Under the pieces are notes generated by a model. That model had not been told where the DNA came from. It searched no databases and saw only the letters and a program-made list of their open reading frames with translations. Made by a program: the position numbers and the translations under genes. From an uncultured Actinomycetes bacterium (GTDB taxonomy: Bacteria > Actinomycetota > Coriobacteriia > Anaerosomatales > PHET01): 64,000 nucleotides of DNA. The DNA is taken from contig CAVYQS010000015.1 of NCBI GenBank assembly GCA_963770765.1, positions 9,194 to 73,193 on the forward strand, given 5' to 3'. This document shows positions 28,932-38,484 of this stretch, one piece after another (within the stretch, counting starts at the first letter, position 1; the number at the start of each line of letters is the position of its first letter).

Positions 28932-30539
28932 ATGCGCATAGCCCTGGCGCAGATCAACCCGACAGTCGGCGATATCGCCGGCAACACCGCCCTCGCGATC
29001 GAGGCGATCTCCGCCGCCGAGAAGGCCGGAGCCGGCATCTCATTGCTTCCCGAGCTGTGCCTCACCGGCTATCCCCCGGAAGACCTCGTGCTCAAGGAGC
29101 ACTTCGTCGAGGAGAACCTGCTCGCGCTCGAGCAGGTCTCGGCTGTCTGCGGCCACATCGCGGTCGTGGGCTTCGTGGACCGCGTGGGAGAGGATCTGTA
29201 CAACGCCGCTGCCGTCTGCGGCAACAACCGGGTGCTGCAGGTCTATCACAAGCGCATGCTCCCCAACTACGGCGTCTTCGACGAGCGCCGCTACTTCACG
29301 CCCGGCGACACCACCGGCCTCACCGAACTCGGCGGGTCGATGTTCGCCACCACGGTGTGTGAGGACATCTGGGTGCCCGGCCCCGCTCGCGAGGCCGCCG
29401 AACAGGGAGCGCAGGTGTTGCTCAACATCTCGGCGTCGCCGTTCCATGCGGGCAAGGGCGCCGAGCGCGAGGAGATGCTCGCTCAGCGTGCTCGCGAGAG
29501 CGGGATGTGGCTTGCCTACTGCAACATGGTCGGCGGGCAAGACGAGCTCGTCTTCGACGGACGCAGCGTCGTGATCTCCCCGAGCGGCGACGTCGTGGCG
29601 CGGGGCGCCGCGTTCGACACCGACCTCGTGATCGCCGACTTCACCCCCGGAGCGAAGCTGGGAGCCTCCGCCGATCTGGCCGCGCGGGTCGAAGGCCCCG
29701 AGGAGGTCTACCGCGGACTCGTGACGGGGCTGCGCGATTACGTGCGCAAGAACGGCTTCGCCGACGTGGTGCTCGGCCTGTCAGGTGGTATCGACAGCGC
29801 GCTCACCGCGGCGATCGCGGCGGATGCGCTGGGCGCCGAGCACGTCCACGGCGTCATGATGCCGAGCCGCTACTCCTCGGCGGGCAGTGTCGACGACTCG
29901 GTCGCGCTCGCGTCGGCACTGGGCATCGAGTGCCGTGAGCTCTCCGTCGAGCCGGCGTTCTCGGCGCTGCTCGACACCCTCGCGACCGCGTTCGAGGGGC
30001 GTGAGCCCGACGTCACCGAGGAGAACCTGCAGGCCCGCGTGCGCGGCACTCTGCTGATGGCGCTGTCCAACAAGTTCGGGTGGCTCACGCTGGCCACCGG
30101 CAACAAGAGCGAGTTGTCGGTCGGGTACAGCACGCTCTACGGCGACATGGTGGGCGGCTTCGCGCCGATCAAGGACGTCTTCAAGACGCGCGTCTACGAT
30201 CTGGCCAGATGGCGCAACGAACGGTCCGACGGCCCCGTGATCCCGCTCGCGATCATCGACAAGGCGCCGTCGGCGGAGCTGCGCCCCGAACAGACCGACC
30301 AGGACTCCTTGCCGCCGTATCCGGTCCTCGACGCGATCCTGACCCACTACGTGGAGAAGGACGGCAGCCGAGACGACATCGTGGCGATGGGTTTCCCCGG
30401 CGAGCTGGTGGACCGCGTGATCCGCCTGACCGACATCGCCGAGTACAAGCGACGCCAAGGGCCGATGGGAGTCAAGATCACCCCCAAAGCCTTCGGGAAG
30501 GACCGCCGGATGCCCGTCACCAACCGCTACAGAGGGTGA
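28932..30539 (+). CDS. nadE: Glutamine-dependent NAD+ synthetase
   Basis: N-terminal nitrilase/CN-hydrolase domain (LPELCLTGYPPEDL..CEDIW) and C-terminal NAD synthase domain (GLSGGIDSAL..GNKSELSVGYSTLYGD). Confidence 0.93.
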   Translation: MRIALAQINPTVGDIAGNTALAIEAISAAEKAGAGISLLPELCLTGYPPEDLVLKEHFVEENLLALEQVSAVCGHIAVVGFVDRVGEDLYNAAAVCGNNRVLQVYHKRMLPNYGVFDERRYFTPGDTTGLTELGGSMFATTVCEDIWVPGPAREAAEQGAQVLLNISASPFHAGKGAEREEMLAQRARESGMWLAYCNMVGGQDELVFDGRSVVISPSGDVVARGAAFDTDLVIADFTPGAKLGASADLAARVEGPEEVYRGLVTGLRDYVRKNGFADVVLGLSGGIDSALTAAIAADALGAEHVHGVMMPSRYSSAGSVDDSVALASALGIECRELSVEPAFSALLDTLATAFEGREPDVTEENLQARVRGTLLMALSNKFGWLTLATGNKSELSVGYSTLYGDMVGGFAPIKDVFKTRVYDLARWRNERSDGPVIPLAIIDKAPSAELRPEQTDQDSLPPYPVLDAILTHYVEKDGSRDDIVAMGFPGELVDRVIRLTDIAEYKRRQGPMGVKITPKAFGKDRRMPVTNRYRG

Positions 30540-30540
30540 C

Positions 30541-30985
30541 GTGTTCACGGTCGAGCTCGTAGACGAGTCATGGGCACGCGACGCCGAGCTGGCGGCGCTG
30601 CTCTACGACGAACTGTATCGGGACTTCGGGGTGCCCCCGGATGCCGAGTGGAGGCATGAGGAGTCCGGCTCGGTCACCGTCGTCGCTCTCGGGCGCGCGG
30701 GGGAGCTTCTCGGCAGCGCGCGGTTGCTGCCAGGAGCCGGCGAACCCTCTCGACAGGTGCGGCAGGTGGTGGTCTCGCGTACGACCCGCGAGGCGGGTAT
30801 CGGTCGCGCGTCTGATGTCTGCGCTTGAGCGCACAGCGGCCGGGCAGGGCGCGAGCCAGGTGTGGCTCAACGCTCGCGACACCGCGATCGACTTCTACCT
30901 GCGGCTGGGCTACGCGCCTTTCGGCGAGTCGTTCGTGAGTGAGCTGACCGGAATCCCTCACATCGGCATGCGCAAGGCCCTCTGA
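30541..30985 (+). pseudogene. GNAT family N-acetyltransferase, frame broken at about 30811
   Basis: ORF 30541..30828 ends QVVVSRTTREAGIGRA. The acetyl-CoA motif continues in ORF 30641..30985 as LMSALERTAAGQGASQVWLNARDTAIDFYLRLGY. Junction: cgc gcg T ctg atg. Confidence 0.7.
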
Positions 30986-31119
30986 ACACGCCGCGAAGGG
31001 GTCGTGGCTTCTGGCGCCCTGCGCCCGCATCGCGTACCCTGATTGGTGGCTCGAAATGCCGGGGCGAAGCAGCCTCGGCCACGCCGTCGATGACGACGAT
31101 CCGAGGGAGGGTACGACCC

Positions 31120-32079
31120 ATGCCGAGCATCACCCGTGACCAGGTTCGCGTGCCTGCCGACGTACCGGCAGAGGCTCGCGAGACCTACGTCGACAACTAC
31201 CTGAAGGCCACCCACGGCACCGGACGCCTCATGTTGTTCGCGTGCGACCAGAAGATCGAGCACCTCAACGACGACTTCTACGGGGAGGGAATCGACACCG
31301 CCGACAGCGAGCCCGAGCACCTCTTCCGTATCGGTTCCCAAGGCGTGTGCGGGGTCCTTGCGGGCCAGCGGGGCCTGGTCGCTGCGTACGCGAACGACTA
31401 TCCCGACATCAACTACCTCGTGAAGATCAACAGCAAGACGCACCTGGTCAAGACGAGCCAGGATCCCGCCAAGCATCAGGACGACCCTTACTCGCCGCAG
31501 CTCTACGGCATCGAGACGGTTCTCGACCTGCGTGACAACGGCGTCAACGTGGTCGGCATCGGTTACACGATCTACATCGGCAGCGAGTACGAGTCGCAGA
31601 TGATGGCCGAAGCGGGTCAGCTCATCGCCGACGCCCACTCGCAGGGCCTCCTCGCGGTCCTGTGGATGTATCCGCGCGGCAAGGCCGTGGCCAACGAGAA
31701 GGACGCACACCTGATCGCGGGCGCCGCCGGCACCGCGCTGTGCCTGGGAGCTGACTTCGTCAAGGTCAATCCGCCGAAGGGCGACGAAACGGGCTCCTCG
31801 GCTGAGAAGCTCAAAGAGGCGTCGGCGGCCTCGGGTCGCACCGGCCTCGTGTGCGCCGGCGGCTCGACCGTCGAGGCGAACGTGTTCCTGCAGCAGCTGT
31901 GGGACCAGATCCACGTGGGCGGCGCCACAGGCAACGCGACAGGCCGCAACATCCATCAGCGCTCGCTCGATGAGGCCGTACGGCTCACGAAGGCGATCAG
32001 TGCCATCACGCTGAGCGACTGGAGTGTCGCCGACGCCGAGGCCGTCTTCAACGGCGAGAAGGATTACACCGGCGCATAG
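31120..32079 (+). CDS. Class I aldolase of the DeoC/FbaB (DhnA) family
   Basis: LFACDQKIEH..YLVKINSKT..IGYTIYIGSE..LWMYPRG..GADFVKVNPP (Schiff-base Lys)..GRNIHQ. GAGGGAGGG RBS before ATG 31120. Confidence 0.7.
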   Translation: MPSITRDQVRVPADVPAEARETYVDNYLKATHGTGRLMLFACDQKIEHLNDDFYGEGIDTADSEPEHLFRIGSQGVCGVLAGQRGLVAAYANDYPDINYLVKINSKTHLVKTSQDPAKHQDDPYSPQLYGIETVLDLRDNGVNVVGIGYTIYIGSEYESQMMAEAGQLIADAHSQGLLAVLWMYPRGKAVANEKDAHLIAGAAGTALCLGADFVKVNPPKGDETGSSAEKLKEASAASGRTGLVCAGGSTVEANVFLQQLWDQIHVGGATGNATGRNIHQRSLDEAVRLTKAISAITLSDWSVADAEAVFNGEKDYTGA

Positions 32080-32108
32080 TCGCGGGTCAACGACATACCG
32101 ACCGTACC

Positions 32109-32143
32109 CGCGGCACCGTCTGGATCTCGAAGGCGGTGCCGCG
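32109..32143 (+). terminator. Hairpin after the aldolase gene
   Basis: 10-bp stem CGCGGCACCG / CGGTGCCGCG with a 15-nt loop. No clear U-tract. Confidence 0.45.
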
Positions 32144-32202
32144 AGCCGCTTCGTTCGAGCGTCTCGACCGGTCGGTACAACAGGGAGAGAGCACGACACC
32201 GC

Positions 32203-33102
32203 ATGCCGATATCTGATTGGTTCACCGCGAGGGAGCACAGGCGCTACACCCAGCTCAGTGAAGAGCCCGGTGTAGCGGCAGCGGCCGACGTACCCGATGG
32301 TGTCTGGGTCAAGTGCGAGGGCTGCAAGCACGCCCTCTACGAGGGAGAACTGGTCGAGGACTTGCGCGTGTGCCGCTACTGCGGTCACCACTTCGACCTG
32401 ACAGCTCCACAGCGCATCGAGATGCTCTCCGACCCCGGCACGTTCGTCGAGTTCGACGGGGACCTTGCGCCCTGTGATCCGCTGGGCTTCGTCGCGGCGA
32501 AGTCGTACGGCGAGTCGCTCGATGGCGCCCGGGCCAAGTCGGGTCTCAACGAAGCCGTCATCACCGGCGACGCCGCGATCGAAGGCATCGACGTGGTGCT
32601 CGCGGCGATGGACTTCCGCTTCATCGGGGCGTCGATGGGCTCGGTCGTCGGCGAGAAGATCACGCGCGCCTTCGAGCGTGCTACGGCGGCCGGCAAGCCG
32701 ATCGTCATCGTCACCGCCTCAGGGGGCGCGCGCATGCAAGAGGGCATGCTCTCGCTCATGCAGATGGCGAAGACGAGCGCGGCCGCGCAGCGCCACGCTG
32801 ACGCGGGACTCGCGTATGTCTCGATCCTGACCAACCCCACCTATGGCGGTGTGACGGCCTCGTTCGCGGTGCTGGGTGACGTGCTGGTCGCTGAGCCGGG
32901 AGCGATGATCGGTTTCGCCGGTCCGCGCCTGGTGGAGCAGACCATCCGGCAGAAGCTTCCCAAGGGGTTCCAGACCGCTGAGTTCATGATGAGGCACGGC
33001 ATGGTCGACGAGGTCGTCGCACGCGGTCAGCTCAAGGAGCACGTGGGCACGTTGCTCGGCTACCTTCGCCCCGTCTCGGCGTCGAGGGGGTCAGGTAGAT
33101 GA
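32203..33102 (+). CDS. accD: Acetyl-CoA carboxylase carboxyltransferase beta subunit
   Basis: Zn-ribbon KCEGCKHALY..CRYCGHHF, then FIGASMGSVVGEK..SGGARMQEG. Confidence 0.93.
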   Translation: MPISDWFTAREHRRYTQLSEEPGVAAAADVPDGVWVKCEGCKHALYEGELVEDLRVCRYCGHHFDLTAPQRIEMLSDPGTFVEFDGDLAPCDPLGFVAAKSYGESLDGARAKSGLNEAVITGDAAIEGIDVVLAAMDFRFIGASMGSVVGEKITRAFERATAAGKPIVIVTASGGARMQEGMLSLMQMAKTSAAAQRHADAGLAYVSILTNPTYGGVTASFAVLGDVLVAEPGAMIGFAGPRLVEQTIRQKLPKGFQTAEFMMRHGMVDEVVARGQLKEHVGTLLGYLRPVSASRGSGR

Positions 33103-34070
33103 CCCGCCGGCATGTGATGGACTTCGAGCGGCCGCTCTTCGAGCTCGAGGAGAAGATCGCCGAGCTGCGTCGGCTCGATGTCTCCTCGAATCCCGAGCTG
33201 GCCGCGGAGATCGAAGAACTCGCGCACGAGATCGAGCGGCTTCACGAGCAGACGTATCTGAATCTCGAGCCGTGGGACCGTGTGCAGATATCTCGCCACC
33301 CCCAACGCCCCAAGACAGAGGAGTACCTGGAGGTTCTCTTCGATGACGTCGTGGAGCTGCATGGCGACCGAACCTACGGTGACGACGAGGCGATCTTCGC
33401 CGGGCTCGGCACCATCGGCGGCCGGAAGGTCGCAGTCCTGGGACACCGCAAGGGGACCGACACCAAGTCCAACGTACGGCGCAACTTCGGCTCGCCTCAT
33501 CCCGAGGGCTATCGCAAGGCCATGCGGGTCATGCGCCTCGCCGAGAAGTTCGGCCTGCCCCTCGTGACCTTCCTCGATACCGCAGGAGCCTACCCCGGGA
33601 TCGAAGCCGAAGAGCGCGGACAGGCGCTTGCGATCGCGGAGTCGCTCGCGCTGCTGTCGGCCGTGCGCGTTCCTGTCGTGGTCGTGGGAATCGGGGAAGG
33701 CGGAAGCGGCGGCGCGCTGGCCATCGGCTTCGGCGACCGCATGGTGATGCTCGAGAACGCGTACTACTCGGTGATCAGCCCCGAGATGTGTTCGAGCATC
33801 CTGTACAAGGATCCCACGCAGGCCCGCACCGCTGCGTCGTGCCTCAAGATGACCGGCCCGGACCTCATGGAACTCGGCATCGTCGACGAAGTCGTCCCGG
33901 AACCGCTCGGCGGTGCGCATCGCGATCCGGCCGCCGTGTTCGCGGCGGTGGGGGTCACCATCGAGCGCGCGCTGGAGGAGCTTTCGGGTATCGACCCAAC
34001 AGAGCTGGTGGCGTCGCGCTACGAGCGTCTGCGTGCGATCGGGGAGTTCTGCTCGGTCGATGAGGGGTGA
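33099..34070 (+). CDS. accA: Acetyl-CoA carboxylase carboxyltransferase alpha subunit Confidence 0.93.
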   Translation: MTRRHVMDFERPLFELEEKIAELRRLDVSSNPELAAEIEELAHEIERLHEQTYLNLEPWDRVQISRHPQRPKTEEYLEVLFDDVVELHGDRTYGDDEAIFAGLGTIGGRKVAVLGHRKGTDTKSNVRRNFGSPHPEGYRKAMRVMRLAEKFGLPLVTFLDTAGAYPGIEAEERGQALAIAESLALLSAVRVPVVVVGIGEGGSGGALAIGFGDRMVMLENAYYSVISPEMCSSILYKDPTQARTAASCLKMTGPDLMELGIVDEVVPEPLGGAHRDPAAVFAAVGVTIERALEELSGIDPTELVASRYERLRAIGEFCSVDEG

Positions 34071-34074
34071 GACC

Positions 34075-35046
34075 ATGAACCGATTCACCGGCCGCGTCGG
34101 TGTGCTCACGAGCGGTGGCGATGCACCGGGCATGAACGCCGCCATCCGCGCGGTGGTCCGGATGGCCGCTTCCTTGGGCGTCGAGGTCGTGGGTATCGAG
34201 CGAGGTTACGAAGGCCTGCTCGAGCAGGACTTCCGGCCCCTGGGTGTCGGCGACGTCGGCGGCATTCTCGATCGGGGCGGGACCTTCCTGGGAACGTCAC
34301 GTTCCGCGCGATTCCAGGAGCCCGAGGGCACCGCGCTCGCTGCCCGGATTCTGAAAGAGAACGGCACCTCGGGGCTGGTCGTGATCGGTGGCGACGGATC
34401 GTACCGCGGCGCGAAGGCGTTGTCGGAACTCGGGATCGCGACCGTCGGGTTGCCCGGGACCATCGATAACGACGTCTCCGGCACCGACACGTCCATCGGG
34501 TTCGACACCGCCCTCAATACGATCTGCGATGCGGTCTCGAAAGTGCGCGATACCGCCTCGAGCCATGAGCGGACGTTCGTCATCGAGGTCATGGGCCGCA
34601 GCTGCGGTCTGCTTGCGACCTACGCCGGTGTCGCGTGCGGGGCAGACAGTATCCTCGTGCCCGAGGTGGAGTGGAGTATCGAAGACGTCTGTTCGCAGGT
34701 GGCCTTCGGTATCTCCCGGGGCAAGAAGCACTCGATCATCGTCGTCTCAGAAGGCGCGGGGCATGCATTCGCGCTTGCAGAGGAGCTCTCCGGCGCATGC
34801 GGCCGCAACGTGCGCGCTACCGTACTCGGGCATGTTCAGCGAGGCGGGTCGCCCTCGGCGTTCGACCGGATCCTCGCCAGTCGCATGGGCGCCAAGGCCG
34901 TCCAGGCGTTGGCCGACGGCGAGAGCGGCGTTGCGGTGGGCCTTGTCCACTCGGATGTGAAGACCTATCCGCTGCCCGACGCGTATTCTTGCCAACACAC
35001 GATGCGCCCCTCGATGTGGGAGCTGGCGAGCATTCTGGCGCGCTGA
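34075..35046 (+). CDS. pfkA: ATP-dependent 6-phosphofructokinase
   Basis: VGVLTSGGDAPGMNAAIRAVV..GGDGSYRGA..GLPGTIDNDV..GFDTA..EVMGR..LGHVQRGG. Confidence 0.92.
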   Translation: MNRFTGRVGVLTSGGDAPGMNAAIRAVVRMAASLGVEVVGIERGYEGLLEQDFRPLGVGDVGGILDRGGTFLGTSRSARFQEPEGTALAARILKENGTSGLVVIGGDGSYRGAKALSELGIATVGLPGTIDNDVSGTDTSIGFDTALNTICDAVSKVRDTASSHERTFVIEVMGRSCGLLATYAGVACGADSILVPEVEWSIEDVCSQVAFGISRGKKHSIIVVSEGAGHAFALAEELSGACGRNVRATVLGHVQRGGSPSAFDRILASRMGAKAVQALADGESGVAVGLVHSDVKTYPLPDAYSCQHTMRPSMWELASILAR

Positions 35047-35079
35047 GCCGAATACCACCACCTGATTTCAGGAGACCCG

Positions 35080-35639
35080 ATGTACCAACTCTTCCGGGAG
35101 GTCGGTCGCGATCTGTTCGTGGCCGGTCACGTCACCGCCCGTCACGGCAACCTCTCCGTGCGCGACGGCGACCGCATCTTCATCACGCGCAGCGGCTCGA
35201 TGCTGTCTCGGCTGGAGCCCTCCGACATCATCGAGACGACGATGACCGCGGGGCCGAGCGATGAGGGCGCCAGTCGTGAACTGGTCGTGCACCGCGCCGT
35301 CTACCTCGCGACCGATGCACGGCGATCTGTCACGCGCACCCGCCCCACACGATGTTCCGTTCGCTCATAGAAGACGAGATCCGTCCTGTCGATTCCGAGG
35401 CGCGCTTCGTGATCGGTGAGGCGGTCCCGGTGCTGGTCCCCACCGTCAAGATCGGCTCTGACGAGGCGGCGGTCATGCTCGCCGACGCATTGCAGCGCGT
35501 GCCGGTGGGAGTGCTCCGTACCCACGGGCCGTTCGCGGTGGGCGAGACGCTGTGGGACGCATGGGGGATCATCGGCGTACTCGAGGAGTCGTGCCACATC
35601 CTTGACCTGTGCGACAGCGTGGGCAAGCCGCTGCTCTAG
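35080..35639 (+). pseudogene. Class II aldolase/adducin-family protein (FucA/MtnB-like), frame broken at about 35320
   Basis: ORF 35080..35370 gives GNLSVRDGDRIFITRSG..ELVVHRAVYLATDA. The metal-binding AICHAHPPHTMF and the rest continue in ORF 35352..35639. One nucleotide appears to be missing near gat gca CG gcg atc. Confidence 0.7.
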
Positions 35640-35770
35640 GAGCCGAGAACTGCCCCACGCGCCTCTCCTGCGCGGGGTCATCTGATAGCATTGACGGGCG
35701 AATCCACCGCAGCGCGTTCAGCGCCGCGAGCCTGCTGCAGAGACGCCGGTCAACGAAAGGTCGATCAGCC

Positions 35771-36610
35771 ATGTCATGGGGTCTTGAGAACCGCCTCTCC
35801 CGAATCATCCGCCCGCACGACGGCCGCACGGTCATGCTCGCGATCGACCACGGCTACTTCCTCGGCCCCACCAGCGGGCTCGAGTGTCCCGGCCCGCTCG
35901 TCGACACGCTGGCGCCCTACGCCGACACGCTCATGCTGACCCGCGGAGTGCTGCGCCAGACCGTCAAGACCTCGATGGAGACGCCGATCGTCTTGCGCGT
36001 GTCGGGAGGCAACAGCGTCCTGGAGGACGACCTCTCCAACGAGACGATCATCACCTCGATCGAGGAGTGCATACGGCTCAACGCGGCCGGCATGGCGCTG
36101 TCGATCTTCGTGGGCTCGTCCGGACAGCACCAGACGATCAAGAACCTCGCGAAGCTCGTCGACCAAGGTGAGCGCTATGGGATCCCCGTGCTCGCGGTGA
36201 CCGCCGTGGGCAAGGACATGGTTCGCGATGCGCGCTACCTCGGACTGGCCTGCCGCATCGCAGCCGAGATGGGTGCTCACATCGTCAAGACGTACTACTG
36301 CGACGACTTCGAGCGTGTCGTGGGATGTACGCCGGTCCCGATCGTCATCGCGGGTGGCAAGAAGCTTCCCGAGCGCGAGGCGCTCGAACTCACGTACAAC
36401 GGCATCTCGCACGGCGCGTCCGGCGTCGACATGGGCCGCAACATCTTCCAGTCGGACTCACCGGTCGGCATGATCAAGGCCGTGCGCGCCATCGTCCACG
36501 GCGGCGCGACCGTCGACGACGCGTACGCGGTCTACATGGACGAGAAGTCCGCGACGGGGACGGCCGCTCCCGGGATCGCCTCCGATGCTTCGGACGAGCG
36601 CAAGATCTAG
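35771..36610 (+). CDS. lsrF: LsrF-like class I aldolase/thiolase (3-hydroxy-5-phosphonooxypentane-2,4-dione thiolase family)
   Basis: Long near-identical blocks to my recollection of E. coli LsrF: NRLSRII.P..GRTVMLAIDHGYFLGPTSGLE, GKDMVRDARY..RIAAEMGAHIVKTYY, PVPIVIAGGKKLPEREALE..GASGVDMGRNIFQSD. Confidence 0.8.
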   Translation: MSWGLENRLSRIIRPHDGRTVMLAIDHGYFLGPTSGLECPGPLVDTLAPYADTLMLTRGVLRQTVKTSMETPIVLRVSGGNSVLEDDLSNETIITSIEECIRLNAAGMALSIFVGSSGQHQTIKNLAKLVDQGERYGIPVLAVTAVGKDMVRDARYLGLACRIAAEMGAHIVKTYYCDDFERVVGCTPVPIVIAGGKKLPEREALELTYNGISHGASGVDMGRNIFQSDSPVGMIKAVRAIVHGGATVDDAYAVYMDEKSATGTAAPGIASDASDERKI

Positions 36611-36645
36611 CCCGGTCCACTCCCCGAAGAGAAGGAACCGTTGAC

Positions 36646-37686
36646 GTGTCGCGCACCATGAGAGCCGGCGTCTACTACAACAACTCCGACGTCCGCGTCG
36701 AGGACCGGACCGTGCCCGGCATCGGGCCGGGCGAAGTGCTGATGCGCGTGCACGCCTCGGGAATCTGCGGTTCCGACGTGCTCGAGTGGTACCGCGTTCC
36801 CAAGGCTCCGATCGTGCTGGGCCATGAAGTCGCGGGCGACATCGTCGAGGTGGGCGAGGGCGTCGAATCGGTGAAGGTGGGCGACCGCGTCGCGGTCAGC
36901 CATCACGTGCCGTGCAACGCGTGCCCTCAGTGTCTCTCCGGCTTCCACACAGCGTGCCACACGCTCCACACCACGAACTTCGATCCCGGCGGCTTCGCCG
37001 AGTACGTGAGGGTGCCCGCGTTGCAGACCGATCGCGGCATCCTGGTGCTGCCCGGTTCGGTCAGCTACGAGGCCGGGACCTTCGTCGAGCCGCTCGGCTG
37101 CGTCGTGCGCGCTCAGACGCGCGCGGGTGTGCGTCCGGGCTCGACCGTGCTCGTCATCGGCAGCGGCATCTCGGGGCTGCTGCACATCCGGCTCGCGGCC
37201 GCGCTGGGTGCCGGCCGGGTCTTCGCCACCGACGTGAGCCCCTACCGCCTCCAGTGGGCCGAGAAGAGCGGAGCGCACGCCGCCTTCGACGCCATCGAGG
37301 CCGGAGACGACCTGCCGCGTCTGCTGCGGGAGGCGAACGGCGGACGCCTCGCCGATCTCGTCATCCTGTGCACCGGTGCGGCGTCGGCGATCGATCAGGG
37401 GCTCGCGTGCCTTGAGAACGGGGCCACGTTCGTCGTGTTCGCGGTGCCCGCTCCCGGTCAGAACCACCCCATGCCCCTCAACGAGCTCTGGCGACGCGAG
37501 GTGACCGTGCGTACAGCCTACGGTGCGGCACCAAGCGACCTGCAGACCGCACTCGACCTGATCGCCGCCGGTCGCGTCGGGGTCGACGACCTCGTGACCC
37601 ACCGGTTGCCGCTCGACCGCATCGCTGAAGGCTTCAAGCTGGTCGCCGACGCATCGGAGTCGGTGAAGGTCGTCATCGAACTGTGA
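36646..37686 (+). CDS. Zinc-dependent medium-chain alcohol/polyol dehydrogenase
   Basis: GICGSDV..LGHEVAGDIVEVG..GDRV..C..C..C..C structural Zn site, and GSGISGLL Rossmann motif. Start is GTG 36646 or ATG 36658. Confidence 0.85.
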   Translation: MSRTMRAGVYYNNSDVRVEDRTVPGIGPGEVLMRVHASGICGSDVLEWYRVPKAPIVLGHEVAGDIVEVGEGVESVKVGDRVAVSHHVPCNACPQCLSGFHTACHTLHTTNFDPGGFAEYVRVPALQTDRGILVLPGSVSYEAGTFVEPLGCVVRAQTRAGVRPGSTVLVIGSGISGLLHIRLAAALGAGRVFATDVSPYRLQWAEKSGAHAAFDAIEAGDDLPRLLREANGGRLADLVILCTGAASAIDQGLACLENGATFVVFAVPAPGQNHPMPLNELWRREVTVRTAYGAAPSDLQTALDLIAAGRVGVDDLVTHRLPLDRIAEGFKLVADASESVKVVIEL

Positions 37687-37720
37687 CGCCGGACGATGCC
37701 GGCGGCGCACGAAGGGGCTT

Positions 37721-38449
37721 GTGATGACCCAGTACGGCAACCACCCGCATGCGTCCATCCTCGAGCAGCTGGCGGGCGCGGAGTCGCAGTTCCTCACGCG
37801 GGGACGCGACCGCGGTGACGATCTCGAGAGTGCGGTGCGCGTCTTCCTCGAGTTCCTGCGCGGTATGGAGCTCATGGACATCGGCCGGCCCGTCGTGACC
37901 GTCTTCGGCTCGGCGCGATTCGATGAGGACCACCGCTACTACAAGTTGGCGCGGAGCCTGGGACAGCGGCTCGCCGAGAACGGCTTCGCGGTGATGACCG
38001 GTGCCGGACCCGGCATCATGGAGGCCGCCAACCGCGGGTGCAAGGAGGCCGGCGGACTGTCGCTCGGCGCCAACATCCACCTTCCTCACGAGCAGAAGCC
38101 CAACGCCTACGTGGACCGTTACGTCGAGTTCGAGCACTTCTTCGTGCGCAAGGTGATGCTCGTGAAGTACTCCTGCGCATTCGTGGCGATGCCCGGAGGC
38201 TTCGGCACCCTCGACGAGGTGTTCGAGACCCTCACGCTCATGCAGACAGGAAAGATCGAAGCGTTTCCCGTGGTGTGCATGGGGACCGAGTTCTGGCACG
38301 AGATGAATGACTTCCTGGCCAACACCCTCGTCACCGAGAAGACCATCGCGCCCGAGGACCTCGAGCTGTTGCATTACACCAACGACTGCGCCGACGCCGC
38401 GCGCTACATCCTCGAACACCCGCGGGGCTGCTCGAACCACGCCGGCTGA
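37721..38449 (+). CDS. LOG family (TIGR00730) nucleotide phosphoribohydrolase
   Basis: VTVFGSAR..VMTGAGPGIMEAANRG..PGGFGTLDEVFE motif. Confidence 0.85.
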   Translation: MMTQYGNHPHASILEQLAGAESQFLTRGRDRGDDLESAVRVFLEFLRGMELMDIGRPVVTVFGSARFDEDHRYYKLARSLGQRLAENGFAVMTGAGPGIMEAANRGCKEAGGLSLGANIHLPHEQKPNAYVDRYVEFEHFFVRKVMLVKYSCAFVAMPGGFGTLDEVFETLTLMQTGKIEAFPVVCMGTEFWHEMNDFLANTLVTEKTIAPEDLELLHYTNDCADAARYILEHPRGCSNHAG

Positions 38450-38484
38450 CGGGCGCCGCCCGTCGTCGAGCGTCCAGACGCGCG

